A DNA stretch of 64,000 nucleotides. Origin: Haplodiscus bocki. Taxonomy: Eukaryota. Location of the stretch: positions 39,618,001-39,682,000 of the forward strand of contig OZ296654.1 of NCBI GenBank assembly GCA_965655095.1, in the 5' to 3' direction. A program made the position numbers and the translations under genes. Below, one piece after another: positions 1 to 13,208 of this stretch. The stretch's first letter is position 1, and every line of letters begins with the position of its first letter. Under the pieces are notes generated by a model that was not told where the DNA came from, ran no database searches, and worked only from the letters and a program-made list of their open reading frames with translations.

Positions 1-57
1 ACAGCGCAATAGTTTGAATCTTGAACAGAAACTAACCAGTCCAAAAGAAACTCACAT

Positions 58-688
58 TGTTGCGATCACAAATTTTGAAAACTCATTTAATGTATTTTGC
101 CCACACTACGCTAACCCCTATTACCACTTTTCCCACCCGCAGCGTGTTCATCTTCATATGGTGCACTAGTTATACCATAAGGAATTGATTTAGCAAAAAA
201 AGCAGTGTCTGTCTGGTTTTTGAAATTGACCTGTCACTGGATGCGCTAATTTGCAAGACCCCGCTTTAACCCCTGTCTGACAGTGAAAAAGCACCACAAT
301 TGCTCTATAGTTTTTCATAAAATGTTCAAATCGCCCACTCATTATATAGAGGTCATTCAATTGCCATATTGGACACCTTGTTCATTTATTTTATTGGTAA
401 ATCTCTATTTGTGTGTTGAATAAATTTCATGAATACCAGAGAGTTTGTTATAACTATATTAACCACGCCTATTACATTCCAAATTCATATTCCTGACTTA
501 TTTGGAAGTATAGCCTCAATGAGCTGTTGGTTCTTTGTTTATGCAGTGTAAATTTGATCGATAGTAGCATTTCCTGCTTAAAATTGATCAGAACAAGAAA
601 TTGGTTGAACAAAATACAGTCCTTTGAATCAGGTCAATTTTGACGAACCAGGCTGCCCAAACTCGCAAGGAAGAGAGCGGCAGTAACA
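58..688 (+). repeat. 5' LTR core of BEL/Pao element
   Basis: Direct repeat of 7088-7717 with TG...CA ends. Confidence 0.93.
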
Positions 689-1088
689 CACATGAAGACA
701 CAAATATTGCATAACACACTAGAGCTAGCGTTAAGTATGACTCTTGGGAAGACGCAAGCGTTGAGTGAATGATTTTCTTTCTATATTATTGACACCGATG
801 GAAAATAAAAAAAATTTGACGTCACGAAGCCTCAGGTGACGTCCCAAAATAATTGATTCAACTAAAAATTGAACAAGAAATGAGTGGTCTATTCTCAGTA
901 CGTCACAATTAATCACAAGAGGTGTCCCGGGCAACTCAAACAAATACACCAATTTGAAAGTACACGTCGCTGTACCTCTTATGCTGAAATTGCTGCACAA
1001 GCGAAATGGAAACTTCCACCATATGATAAAAAATTGATCAGTGATTATCTATTTTGAATTCCAGAGTAAGAAATTTGTAGTGTCAAGA
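689..1088 (+). repeat. Duplicate of the element's 3' flank (7718-8125), inserted between LTR end and PBS
   Basis: Near-identical to 7718-8125. Bracketed by the 18-bp direct repeat AAGAGAGCGGCAGTAACA (671-688 and 1085-1102). Confidence 0.9.
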
Positions 1089-1104
1089 GAGCGGCAGTAA
1101 CAAT

Positions 1105-1122
1105 TGATCCACCGACCCGGAC
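1105..1122 (+). promoter_or_regulatory. Primer binding site (tRNA-Tyr-like, TGG mutated to TGA)
   Basis: TGATCCACCGACCCGGAC, 2 nt after the repeated LTR end at 1102. Resembles the TGGTCCTTCGAGCCGGA PBS common in BEL/Pao elements. Confidence 0.6.
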
Positions 1123-1153
1123 ACTGGGCATATCTAACGTTGGATTTTGAACA

Positions 1154-3230
1154 ATGTTCAAAAGAAAGTCAGGCGACAAAGGGGATTCCAAGCAGCCGAA
1201 GCTGGAGTCTAGAATCCGACGAGGGGTGGGTGCAAAAGTTGCAGAATTTGAAAACGTGATAACGGCTAGTGACCGATTTGTTCAAGAAAGACTGAAGAGC
1301 ATCAATGCAAGCATTGACAAGCTACGTCAAGAAAAGTTCCTTCTGGATATGGACATGAAGTCTACTGTGACCAGAGCGTCATCATTTAAACTGAGGCTGA
1401 AGCAATATCTTGAATTGGAAGAAAAGGTTACTGGACAGTTACTTCTTTGTGAACAGAAAGCCTCTTCAATGGAATGGATTGCTGATTCAAGGGAGGCTCG
1501 AAAGCACCTCGAAGAGAGAAGTGCCAAACTCCTTGACCTATGGGATCGCAAAATGAAAAAGGCTAAAGTAACAGAAAGGGTCTCATTTGCGACGCAACAA
1601 ACAGTTTTGGTTTCTTCATCCAATGAGAAAGATGAAAAGTCTTAAAATGATGAATAGCAGAGCCAATCTTCATCAGGGTCGTCTTCAGTTAGCGCTCAAG
1701 CATCACCCAACGCTGAGACAACCTCATTAGAAAAGGAAATTGCTAGGGGAGTTACACAGAACAAAGAAATATTGAGAGAGAATAAAGAATTGAAGGAATT
1801 TAAACGCTTGGCTAAAGAACCGCGCAAATTGGAAGTTGCCGGTGAACAAGAGGAAAAAAATCCAGCAAAGCCAGACGGATGGAAAAAATACAGATGAGGA
1901 TTGAGTTGAAGAGACAGGAAATCAACCTTGAGCGTGACCGCTGGATGCGCAAAGCGGAAAAAGAAATGAAGCAATTGGAGGAAGAAGACCGGTTGCCCAT
2001 TTTGAAAGCCAAAAATGACAGTGACTCCTCTGAAAATTTCTTTGATTCAGAAACTGAGAACCCAGATTGCCATCAAGTTGATATTAAAGACAAGAAGGTC
2101 ACGGAAGACTTTTCTTCAGAAGACAGTTTCAGCATGCTCGATGTTCATCCCGATAACGACGAAACATTGGGTGAAAAAAAGTTTAATGAGACTTATCCTT
2201 TCCTTTTTGTGACTAAACTGTGCAAAATTCTGCCACTACACGTGAAAGGCCACGTGTTGATAACCCTGATAAGCTATTCAACTTACAATCTTCAACGCCA
2301 AAACTAAAAGCTAATCGAAACCCCAAAACGATTACAAAAACATCGGGAAACTCTTCACATGGCAAACAAGCAGCCTCTACGCTGACCAGAACTTTACCTA
2401 AACTCAAGTTGAAAGAGTTTGATGGAGATCCACTTGAATGGCTTGAGTGGAGCGGTATGTTTCTATCAACAATCCATCGATGCGCAATCTCAGATGACGA
2501 AAAAATGACACATCTAAAGACGTTGTTGACTGGGCCGGCAAAGAGAGCTTTCATGGGCATGGGCTATTCCGGAGTGATGCACGATACGGCTTGGCAAACA
2601 TTGCAACGCAAATTTGGGCAACCCCACTTGATTGTATCAACGCAGCTAAGTAAAATTCAAAATCATCCTTAATTGAAACCGTACGATAGCGAGTCTTTCA
2701 TCCATTTTGTGGAAACAGTTTCCAATTTTGTAAATGTGCTGCAACAGTTTGGGTACAGTTAGGATTTATTTTCATCAAGCATTTTAGAAGTAATGGTAAA
2801 CAAGTTGCCATCCGACATCAAGCGACGTTGGTTTGCATTTGTTGAGGCTCCAACGCGACGATCAAACGGATGAAGATGTATTCTTTTAAAGCTAACTTTG
2901 ATAAACATCACTTTAAAGGCAAAGTTTCTAGAAACGATAATACCAAAGGATCGACAAATTTCAGTGCCAGTTACAATAATCAGATCGAGATAAGCAAATG
3001 CTATCTTGGTGACGGGGATCAACCTTTATGAAAATGCGAGAAATTCAAAGCTCTAACCTTTCAACAGCGATTTGACAAGTTGAAAGAATTAGATATTTGC
3101 TTCAGTTGTCTCAATGGGAAACATATAATTCGTGACTGGAAAAATTTGAGAAAATGTAACTTTGATGGGTGTAAAATGGAGCACAATAGACTTTTACACA
3201 TTCCAGAAGGTACAAAAAATGACATTGTTT
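1154..3230 (+). pseudogene. gag: BEL/Pao gag (coiled-coil N-terminus, DUF1759-like capsid region, Cys/His knuckles), disrupted
   Basis: ORF fragments 1154-1645, 1879-2307 and 2220-2672 (LPKLKLKEFDGDPLEWLEW...KMTHLKTLLTGPAK), then CFSCLNGKH...KCNFDGCKMEHNRLLH from 3080. Separated by stops and frameshifts. Confidence 0.85.
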
Positions 3231-6200
3231 CGGATAGTAATCAAACGAACCTAGCAAACGACGGTTCGTTCACAGTGCAAGGCCTGCTTCAGATTGCACC
3301 CGTGAGAATATATGCTGCACGAGATAAATATTTTGATACTTTCGCCGTTTGTGACTCTGCCTCTTCACAAACGTGGATGGACGAAGATTTGATGCGATCG
3401 TTATGCATAGAAGGAACTCCAGGCACAATTTCAGTTTCCGGAATTCACGGAACATCTCCGATCACGTGTTTGACAACAAAAATTCAGATTGGACCATCAA
3501 ATGGGAACATGAATGATTGCATAAACGTTACAGCAAGTAGTCATAAAAGTTTGTTAGTTGGAACATCAGTATACAACATAAATGACTTGAAAGTCAAATA
3601 TCCGCATTTGTCGTGTATCAAGCAGAAACAACTTGATTTACGCGCTGTAAAAATGATATTTGGTCAGGATGCTTATCCACTAATTCGACCATTGGAGTAG
3701 AAGCACAGTGGAAGTTATTCTCCTTCGGCAGTAAAGGTTCCCTTGGGATGGACAATCAGTGGACCATTGCTGTCAACTGAAAAATCCCAGAGTATTTTTT
3801 TGTCGTTCAATAGTCAACAAGATTAGGATTTAGCTGTTGCTGTCAGAGAATGGTGGGAAATTGAGTCATATGGGACAACAATTCAAGCAAGTCAAAAATC
3901 GCGCGAAGAAGAACGATCGTTGAATATTCTTCAGGCTACGATAATCAAAAAGGAGGACAGTTACGAAGTCAGCATGTTAATCAATGGCAACCAAGAGAAG
4001 CTAGAGAACAATTTTAATCCAGCTCTTGGTCAATTACGTTCACTGGAAAAAAGATTGGACAAAGATCCGGATTTAAAGATCAGATACCAATCCACTCTAA
4101 CAATTGATCAAAAAAAGGGTTATATCTCTGAGTTATCAGTAGAAAAGTTGGAAAGGCAAGATGTGTGGTACCTTCCACATCATCCAGTAGTTAATCCAAA
4201 GAAGCCGGAAAAAGTTCGTAGGGTGTGTAACGCTGCAAGAAAGTACAAAGGCTTGTGCCTGAATGACACTTTAATGAAAGGACCAGATCTTCTGAGAAAT
4301 CTACTGGGAATTCTCTTCCAATTCCGAGAAAACAAAATAGCGATTACAGCAGACATTCAGGAAAGGTTTCTCCAAGTTGAAGTACCAAACGATCAAAGGA
4401 GATATTTGCGATTTTTGTGGAGAATTTCTGAAAACCAACTAGTCGCAATGCAGTACAATCGACATATATTTGGTGCAAAATCATCTCCCGCCTGTGCCAA
4501 CTTCAGTCTTCAAGAATGTGCTCGAACTAATGAGCACAAGATTCCTAATGCAGCAAAAAAGGTCCTTGAAAACTTCTATGTCGATGAAATGTTAATATCC
4601 GTTGCAGATAGAGAAACTGCTACGTTATTGGTTACAGATACCATCGAAGTACTAAAAAAAGGTGGTTTCAAATTAACTAAATGGTTCTCAAGTGACATGA
4701 ATTTATTTGAGAACTTGGATATTGTGGCAGCAGACAACAGAAAAAATCCGAAAATTCTGGGGATAGAATGGATATCTGACCAAGATCAGTTGACGATTAG
4801 ACGAAATTTAGAGTTCAGTACTAAAGAGAGTTGGACGCAGAGGCAACTTCTCTCCACGGTTTCTCAAGTGTTCGATCCATTGGGTTTTCTGGCACAATTT
4901 CTAATCAGAGGAAGATTGCTAATGAAGAGATTTTGGCAACTGCAGGGTCAAAAATGGGATGTCGCAATTGCCAGCGATATCAACTGTATATTCAACGATT
5001 GGATAAAGGAACTGATGTCGCATTGGATCATTAAAGTACCCCGATGGTATGCAGGGATTACAAAAGATAATGTCGAATTACATGTCTTTGGAGACGCATC
5101 ATAAGATGCATTTTGTGCAAAGGCCTACAGTGTTGCAACAAAGAAAACTGGTGAACGAATTGTAAGATACATTTTGGGAGAAGCAAGAGTCGCTCCAATA
5201 AAGCACCACACAATACCGAAGCTGGAGTTGATGGCAGCCCTAACTGCAAATAGGTTGAAACATCTCATTATTAGAGAACATTCAATCGAGTTCCAGACAA
5301 AATTCGTATGGAGTGAATCAACAAGTGTTTTGCAATGGCTTCAAAACAGCGACAACAAACAACCTACGTTCGTTGCGAATAGACTGGCTGAAATACTGGA
5401 CACTTCTACTGTAGATGAATGGCGACTTATCTCAGGTGAAAACAACCCAGCAGATCTTGGAACACGCGGATTAATTATCGAACAGCTTCAACACAGTGTT
5501 TGGCTTCACGGTCCCGAAGGGCTAATGCAACCCGTCAATGAACCTGAACCATGGTAGAAGGAATTAATCGCAATTGAGCCTGAAGAAGCTTTCATTCAAA
5601 CAACAAATTTTGCTGATGCGAAACAACTCATACAGTGGAAGCGATTTAGTCAATTTAGAAGGTTACGGAACATGATTGCTAGAGTTTTGTGCTGGAGAAA
5701 AATGGATTCGAATTTTTCAGCAGAAATTCTCAGATTGGCAGAATCTAAAATTTGGATGTTAATTCAAAAGGAGCTTTTTCCTAATGGATGGAAAGACCTT
5801 TCAAAAACAATGGAAGTGCCCAACAACAGCCCAATTAGAATTTTGAGTCCTTTTATGACAGACAATGTCATAAAAGCAAGGGGACGTTTGCGTAAGGCAA
5901 AATTAAGTTTCACGTGGAAGCATCCAATGCTGCTGACTGGCAAGCATCCCACTGTTAAGCTTTACTTGCAGTTCATGCATAATACACACCATCACCAAGG
6001 TGTGGAATACTTGCGAAGCGTGATTCAAAAGGAATATCGGATTTGGGCGCTGAGAAACTCGCTCAGAGCTATCAAGTACAATTGAATTCATTGTAAAGTT
6101 TGAAGTTCAAAAGGGGTGACCACTATGATGTCCGACCTCCCCAGCTACAGTGTTCGTGATAATGTTACACCGTTTAGTACCACTAGAATAGATTATTTTG

Positions 6201-7050
6201 AGCCATTTGTTGTGAAAATGTTTAGAAAGACAGTGAAGAGATGGATATGCTTGTTCACCTGCTTAAGTGTTCGAGCAGTACATCTAGACGTTGTTCACTC
6301 ATTGGACACACAGTCTTGTCTAGATGCCATTTATCGATTCACTGCCCGTCGAGGCAAGCCACGTTCGATATTTTCAGACAACTGGACAATTTTCGTTGGA
6401 GTTGCAAATCAACTACGGAAAGCATTTGAGTTATTGTACGAGTCACAAATGAACGAAACGCTGGCTATCGAAGGAGTAGATTGGCAATCCAACCCTGCTG
6501 GGGCGCCGCAATTTGGTGGAGCATGGGAATCATTGGTAAAGTCCACCAAAAGAGCGATGTTCAATGTATTGGGCAAGGAAGAAAAATTAAACACTATCGT
6601 TTGTTTAACTGAACAACAGCTCAACCGACCCTTAACTCCAGTAAGCGTGAATATAGATGACCTGCACACCATTACGCCGAGTCTTTTTCTGATTGCAGGA
6701 CCAAACTATTACTGGCCTCAGTGGCTAATGAGCGATAAAAATGTATCATATCGCAAAATGTTCAGAACGGTTACTGAGCAATTGAAACACTCTTGGAAAC
6801 GATGGATGACTGAATGTCTACCAACGTTACAACAGCGGAAGAAACGGTATTCGAGTGGAAATTCAGTCATCAAGGAAGGGGATTTAGTGTGGATTGTTGA
6901 CGAAAGAGATTCGTATTTCATTTACTCTCTAGGAAGAATCCAAGCTATTCACCGAGGAGATGATCAAGTGATACGATCAACGACAATCGAAACATTGAAA
7001 GGAATCTTCAAGAGACCTATTATTAAACTAATACCCTTAGAACTTGATCG
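3231..7050 (+). pseudogene. pol: BEL/Pao pol: aspartic protease, RT, RNase H, integrase; multiple premature stops
   Basis: Protease AVCDSASSQT. RT in 3920-5104 (ADIQERFLQV, FGAKSSP, NFYVDE replacing YVDD). RNase H in 5174-5557. Integrase Zn region in 5672-6085. Integrase core in 6116-7050 (IDYFEPF, FTCLSVRAVHLD, SDN, GGAWE). Confidence 0.92.
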
Positions 7051-7087
7051 CAGTAATTTATGTTGGGACCCAAAATGGGGCCGGCTA

Positions 7088-7717
7088 TGTTGCGATCACA
7101 AATTTGGAAACTCACTTAACGCATTTTGCCCACACTGGACTAACCCCTATTACCACTTTTCCCACCCGCAGCGTGTTCATCTTCATATGGTGCACTAGTT
7201 ATACCATAAGGAATTGATTTAGCAAAAAAAGCAGTGTCTGTCTGGTTTTTGAAATTGACCTGTCACTGGATGCGCTAATTTGCAAGACCCCGCTTTAACC
7301 CCTGTCTGACAGTGAAAAAGCACCACAATTGCTCTATAGTTTTTCATAAAATGTTCAAATCGCCCACTCATTATATAGAGGTCATTCAATTGCCATATTG
7401 GACACCTTGTTCATTTATTTTATTGGTAAATCTCTATTTGTGTGTTGAATAAATTTCATGAATACCAGAGAGTTTGTTATAACTATATTAACCACGCCTA
7501 TTACATTCCAAATTCATATTCCTGACTTATTTGGAAGTATAGCCTCAATGAGCTGTTGGTTCTTTGTTTATGCAGTGTAAATTTGATCGATAGTAGCATT
7601 TCCTGCTTAAAATTGATCAGAACAAGAAATTGGTTGAACAAAATACAGTCCTTTGAATTAGGTCAATTTTGACGAACCAGGCTGCCCAAACTCGCAAGGA
7701 AGAGAGCGGCAGTAACA
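7088..7717 (+). repeat. 3' LTR of BEL/Pao element
   Basis: Preceded by the BEL-type PPT GGGGCCGGCTA (7077-7087) and followed by TSD CACAT. Confidence 0.93.
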
Positions 7718-10700
7718 CACATGAAGACACAAATATTGCATAACACACTAGAGCTAGCGTTAAGTATGACTCTTGGGAAGACGCAAGCGTTGAGTGAATG
7801 ATTTTCTTTCTATATTATTGACACCGATGGAAAATAAAAAAAAATTTGACGTCACGAAGCCTCAAGTGACGTCCCAAAATAATTGATTCAACTTTCAACT
7901 AAAAATTGAACAAGAAATGAGTGGTCTATTCTCAGTACGTCACAATTAATCACAAGAGGTGTCCCGGGCAACTCAAACATATACACCATTTTGAAAGTAC
8001 ACGTCGCTGTACCTCTTATGCTGAGATTGCTGCACAAGCGAAATGGAAACTTCCACCATATGATAAAAAATTGATCAGTGATTATCTATTTTGAATTCCA
8101 GAGTAAGAAATTTGTAGTGTCAAGACACATCGCATGCCAAAAATTCTGCTGAGCATATTTGCTTTGCAGTTGAAAGCTTCACTTTTGAGACGTCACGTCA
8201 ATTGGTGAATATTTTCATACCTCATTTCCTGAAGATGTTCCATCACACCTCACCTCAAGTGAAGGACAAACGACACAGCCGCTAAGCGTCTGTTAACAGC
8301 AAAAACATAAACCTGCCTACCACTAAATGTCAGTTAACGACACCTGAGCTTAAGTACTGTAAATAACTATTTTAATAGCTTGTATTGAAACATAATTTAT
8401 GTGACCATTCTGCATATACATTAAAACAGTTTAAGATTGTATTTTTGATTTACATCACGTAGGAGTTTTTATAACCCTGACCTGCCAGTGAGTCTCAAGC
8501 CCTAGTAGCAGCAACTTTTGATGCTTCATCTGATGATTTAAACGTGTAATTCGCCTTCCCAACATTCAACTCTAGCTCAAACACAAGATACATAACTTCT
8601 ACGCATTAAACATATAAGTTTTGGTTATTCAATAATTCTGATATGCATTCTATCAGAAATAACGTTGCTTTACATCATTAATTTCAGTTAAATTTTCCCC
8701 TGTGAAACTAATTCAATCACTAAACATTATCCAACGAATTAAATGTTAACCTAGATTGTGTTTTCTTCTCACAGTCCCTGAAGTTAAGGAACGTCAAGGC
8801 AGTTATTTGCAAAAATCCAAATCGCAAGACAAAAATGGTTCAACAAAACAAACCTGTTAGCACTGAGAAACGACGAAGCCAAGGAGATGAGTATCCTTGC
8901 CGTTCAGCACCAAACTCGCAAACTGACGTACAAGCGCTAGAGGAATAATTTATTATGTTGCTGGAAACTCGTGTGAACACCAGAACGAAAGAGTCAGAGA
9001 ATAAGTTTGACAAGTTATCTGGTTTCGTACAATGTCTGGTGGAAAGCCGAATAGAGAATTCTCCATCGGCATTGTTCAACCACCTAGGAGGTCCAACATT
9101 GTTGAATTGACAATTTAATCTAAGCCCATTGTCTACTTCGAAAATTGTATCTTCTTGCCGTAGAATCCCAGAACAAAATCGGAAACCTCGATGACTTCAT
9201 GTAGAAAGATTTCCAGTTTTTGTAAATTTTAGGTAATTGCAATGGACGGTATAGGAACATTGTTACAGCTGTTTAAAACATTTGCCCATTTCTTTTCGAA
9301 AGTCAAATTCCAACTGTCAAATTCATTATTGAAGAAGCATCCGAGTCTCCTTAGGTGAATTTACGATTTTCCTGCAATATTAACCACTACCTAAATTTGG
9401 AAGTCGAATCAATTAATGTTTTATCTTTGTTCATTAAATAAGGCATAAGACTATCCTCGAGAGATTTTTTCTGATAAATAAATCTCTTCATATACATTTC
9501 TATGCTGGGAGATTACAAAGGTTTCCGAAAACAAGGTGATTGGTTTTTCTTTTACGACTATATTTCAGTTTATAGCAAAATCTTCAATCCAGTAGTCTGC
9601 TTCTTTTTCAAAAAAGTATAGCGCGGCATTCTGCCATTCCAGTAGACTGATTTCTTGATCTACCACAATGCTTAATTCCAAAGTTTACTGATGAAAGACA
9701 ATGAGAGCCGATCACATGCAATATTTCAGTACAACGGTTCGGGTTCGATCCCCACAATGACCAAATTTTTCAACACCTGTCTCGCGTTTGTTTCAATTTC
9801 TTCAATTTTTTCAAGACAAAGTTTTATTTTCTCATGATTAAAGTTTGAAATTTTTGTAGCACTACGGAATTTTTGCCCGTTTCATTGTATTTGCAGAAAT
9901 GTGTACAGTTTGCTAAACTTTCGATATCAAAAAAATTTAAGTTTATTTCATGGTTTTTGGGTAAGTTCTTCTAATTCTTGCAATAGTTCTCCTTTTTTCG
10001 AGAAAAACTGAAAAAAAAACGGAAAATGTGGGAGACAGCCAAAAAAATATGCAGGGTAAGTTGCCGAAAATGGCGAATGTTAGAGTGAAGCATAGTAGAG
10101 AGACTAAGATAATGGCGTTAAAAAAGAAGACTGAATAGACTGGCAGATAATCGAACAATAAATGGAATTATCGCCTTTTCTTGTACTTTTGGCAGAAAAA
10201 ATACAATTTAAAAGTGAAGCCAAAAACCTGCATTATAGGTTGGCACAAAAGTGGCGAATATTGGAGTTGCGGATAATCGAGGTATAAACCGTTCCAATAC
10301 GAAATTTCTGGCATATGCAGAGGGTGCATCATGAAAGTTCCCAAAGTTTGGCTCTAGAAGTTTCTCCCAAATGCAATCCTCCGCAGTTTGCTATGATCTC
10401 TTACTTTTTCATTGAAAACTTTCTGATCACACTTTCTCACTACTGCTTCACGTTTTCCCATTTTTTTCAATGTTTTTGGCAGGCGTAGTCGCAAAATATC
10501 GAAGTGCTACTGTGTCTCTTGTTTATTGCCTACCTCTTGAAATAATCTGAAGTGTGTGACGTTAACTTGGTGTACACTTAAATGTTTTCTCAGATTGCTT
10601 TAAGTGAGAAAATAACTTTTAACTTTTCGTTTTTTTTTTGTTTTTGAGACCTGTTTCAAAAAGGGATACATTTCGAATTACTCCTTTTAAATCTAATTCC

Positions 10701-12087
10701 CTTTACTGAACGACTCATTTAAAGCGGAGTTTGCAGTGAAGTTTTGCATTGATTTTGCGTCTTCCAATTGCAATGTTCCATTCAAATTTGAATTTGGTCT
10801 TGGGATTAACCAAAATGATTGAAGTTTGGGATTTTGTCCCGGAAAGTAATATTCTACAAAGCCTACTAGATTAACTTGAAATCAGATTGTCGACACAAAC
10901 TAATTTCTAATTTATTTTTTGATTTTATCGAACCACCTCAATTTTCGGAAGATTAGTTTTACGCCTTAGTTGAAGAATCGTTTTATCCTCTGAAGTTAAT
11001 TGACTTCAAATAACCGAATTCTCCAGTCAAGGTATGTCCTGATAGCTAAAAATCACATTTAAAAAGTAACTTTCAAACATTTCGTTATTATGATGCAGAA
11101 AACGCTCAGCATGATTTTGCTTTGGAATGGGCGGTGCGACAAAAAAGTCATTGAGCAAGTTTTTTCCTGACTTTTCCGGAGTGTTTTTTTAGAAACAAAA
11201 AGAAGTTTGGTTTTCAAAATTCGCCGGACCGGTGTGATATTTTGAGAAATGAGAATTAAACCAAATGGAACGAAAAAACCTTCGTAAGGCCAATGATTAA
11301 AACTTAAATGAATAACCCATCCATGCTATACTCTCTCCCAGTATTGAGAAAATGACCCGGTTACATGGATTTGAAAAATCAAAATTATTGAAGAAACTTC
11401 GAAACGTTAATTTTTTGGAACTGATAACCGATATTTATTGATTTCTCTTTTAACTTTGAATACGATGAAACATGTTTTTTTCTGATAATTACTGGAAATT
11501 TGCGATATAGTTTACAGTGCATTATCATTAAGCAACTAATTTGTTCAATTGATTTGCTTCAATCTGTAGTCGACGTTTTAATGTATTTCGCCAATGGGAA
11601 TGAAGTTTAGTTCTCACACAAAAATGCGTTCAGGTACTATTGTGTCTGAACTATACTTCATTTTGATCATCGAAAACGTCAAAATGTTGCGTGAAAAATG
11701 ACGGAACCAGATCATTTTATATAATGAAGTTATATATTTTTGAAGTGTTGATGAAATTTTCCGTTTTTTTGGGTTAGTGTTCCATTCCATAGAAAAAAGA
11801 ATTTGTTTCTTGGCAAAAACTGAGAGTCAATTCCAAATCAAAATGGACATTTGAGAACAATACAAGTTTGTGAACACATAAGGTATCAAAATTGTCCTCA
11901 TTTTCAGGTTCACTGCATTGTTCAAATCACGCTTGGGCAGCAAAATCATTGACGAAATTCGATTGGCTGCTACGGACCTCAATCCTATCGGCCGAAAAAC
12001 GACAACTCAATTCTATTGGTTCACAGGGAATTGAATCTCATTGGTTGTCACTCTTATTCTAAGCTGATTGGCTGAAACACTGGAGTG

Positions 12088-12241
12088 ATGGAAGAGAAGT
12101 ATTGGAAGTGTGTGCATATCGCTCAAACGGGTCTGGGTATGTTAATAGCTTTTGTGGGGCTAATAGGCAATGCAGCTGTGACGTACATCTACACGAGGAA
12201 ACCCAGCTGGTCGCCCACCGAAAAACTTATCATATCTATTA
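12088..12241 (+). CDS. Class A (rhodopsin-like) GPCR, coding exon 1 (N-terminus, TM1, ICL1)
   Basis: ATG at 12088 with in-frame TGA upstream at 12073. Translates MEEKYWKCVHIAQTGLGMLIAFVGLIGNAAVTYIYTRKPSWSPTEKLIISI with the TM1 GN motif. Donor A|GTTAGT, phase 1. Confidence 0.8.
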
Positions 12242-13068
12242 GTTAGTAAACTAGTTATCACCAGGATTTCTAACAACAAATTTTTCTGGAATTCAAATGG
12301 AGAGGACATGTTTTGAGAACAAAATGAATAATTGAAATGGGTGTTGGAATTGGAAGTTTACTTAAAGTTCAAACTTTCAATTTTTGAATTTTCTACATGA
12401 ACTTTAAAAATTTCATTCCTGTTTGGAAACTGAAATTAAAGTGCATGATATCCCTAGCAGATGTCAAACAAGACAACTGGCTACCTCAGGCATATTTTCC
12501 GCCCTCCAACTTTTACGGAGATGTTTTTTAGAAGGTTAAAAGCGTTTTTTCTGATACATACTCTTTCTTCAGCAAAACTTCTAGGTTTTCCAAATTTAAA
12601 AAAAAATCATTTTTTCCAAAAAAACTCAATTTATGTGGTAAAAAATTATTTTTGAGAAATTTTATCATTTTGTACTAATTCTACATTAAATCTGCTACTG
12701 TGGCACGTGGTAGGGGTATTGGTATTGCAAATCTCTTATTTACTTGTTTGTGCTGGCGGCTGACTCAGTCAGCACTAATATGCTATAGCGACGGTTATTT
12801 TTTATAAGTCTCAATAGAGTGCCTTGCTTAACGTGCGAACAAAGGGATTGCGTGAATTCAAGCAAGGACTTGTGAGCTATAAAGATATAGAGAATACAAA
12901 AGAAAATTTAAATTGTAAACAGTGACAATTCAAAATGTTAAACCGTGAAGGAAATATTACTGCGCGTATGGGAAAGGGGAATTACTCATATGGTCTTTTA
13001 AGTTAGAATCTGGCATTGGTCGTGTTGATGTTGGCTGTTGTTGATTACTGCTGATTGCTGATGGCTGC

Positions 13069-13185
13069 TGCTGGTTGCTGGATGGTTGCTAACTGCGGCT
13101 TGGATACGGCTGGTTGCTGGATGATTGCTGATTGCGGCTGGGATACGGCTGGTTGCTGGACGATTGCTGATTGCGGCTGGGATAC
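13069..13185. repeat. 3 x 39-bp tandem repeat in LTR (also ~17603-17719)
   Basis: Unit GGCTGGTTGCTGGATGATTGCTGATTGCGGCTGGGATAC. Confidence 0.9.
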
Positions 13186-13208
13186 TGCTTGCAGGCGGAA
13201 AAATCTTT

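Larger units (their letters stand above)
58..7717 (+). mobile_element. BEL/Pao LTR retrotransposon, full length but decayed
   Basis: LTR cores 58-688 and 7088-7717 both read TGTTGC...GTAACA. 5-bp TSD CACAT at 53-57 and 7718-7722. Internal order gag-PR-RT-RH-IN with BEL/Pao signatures (YLPHHPV..P.K.RRV, GPDLL, VFDPLG, LHVFGDAS, TIPKLEL, NPADLGTRG, GGAWE, C-terminal RPIIKLIPL). Confidence 0.95.

Noticed and set aside
9735-9770. tRNA gene or SINE around GGGTTCGATCCCC
   Set aside because: Isolated B box with no A box, cloverleaf or second copy.
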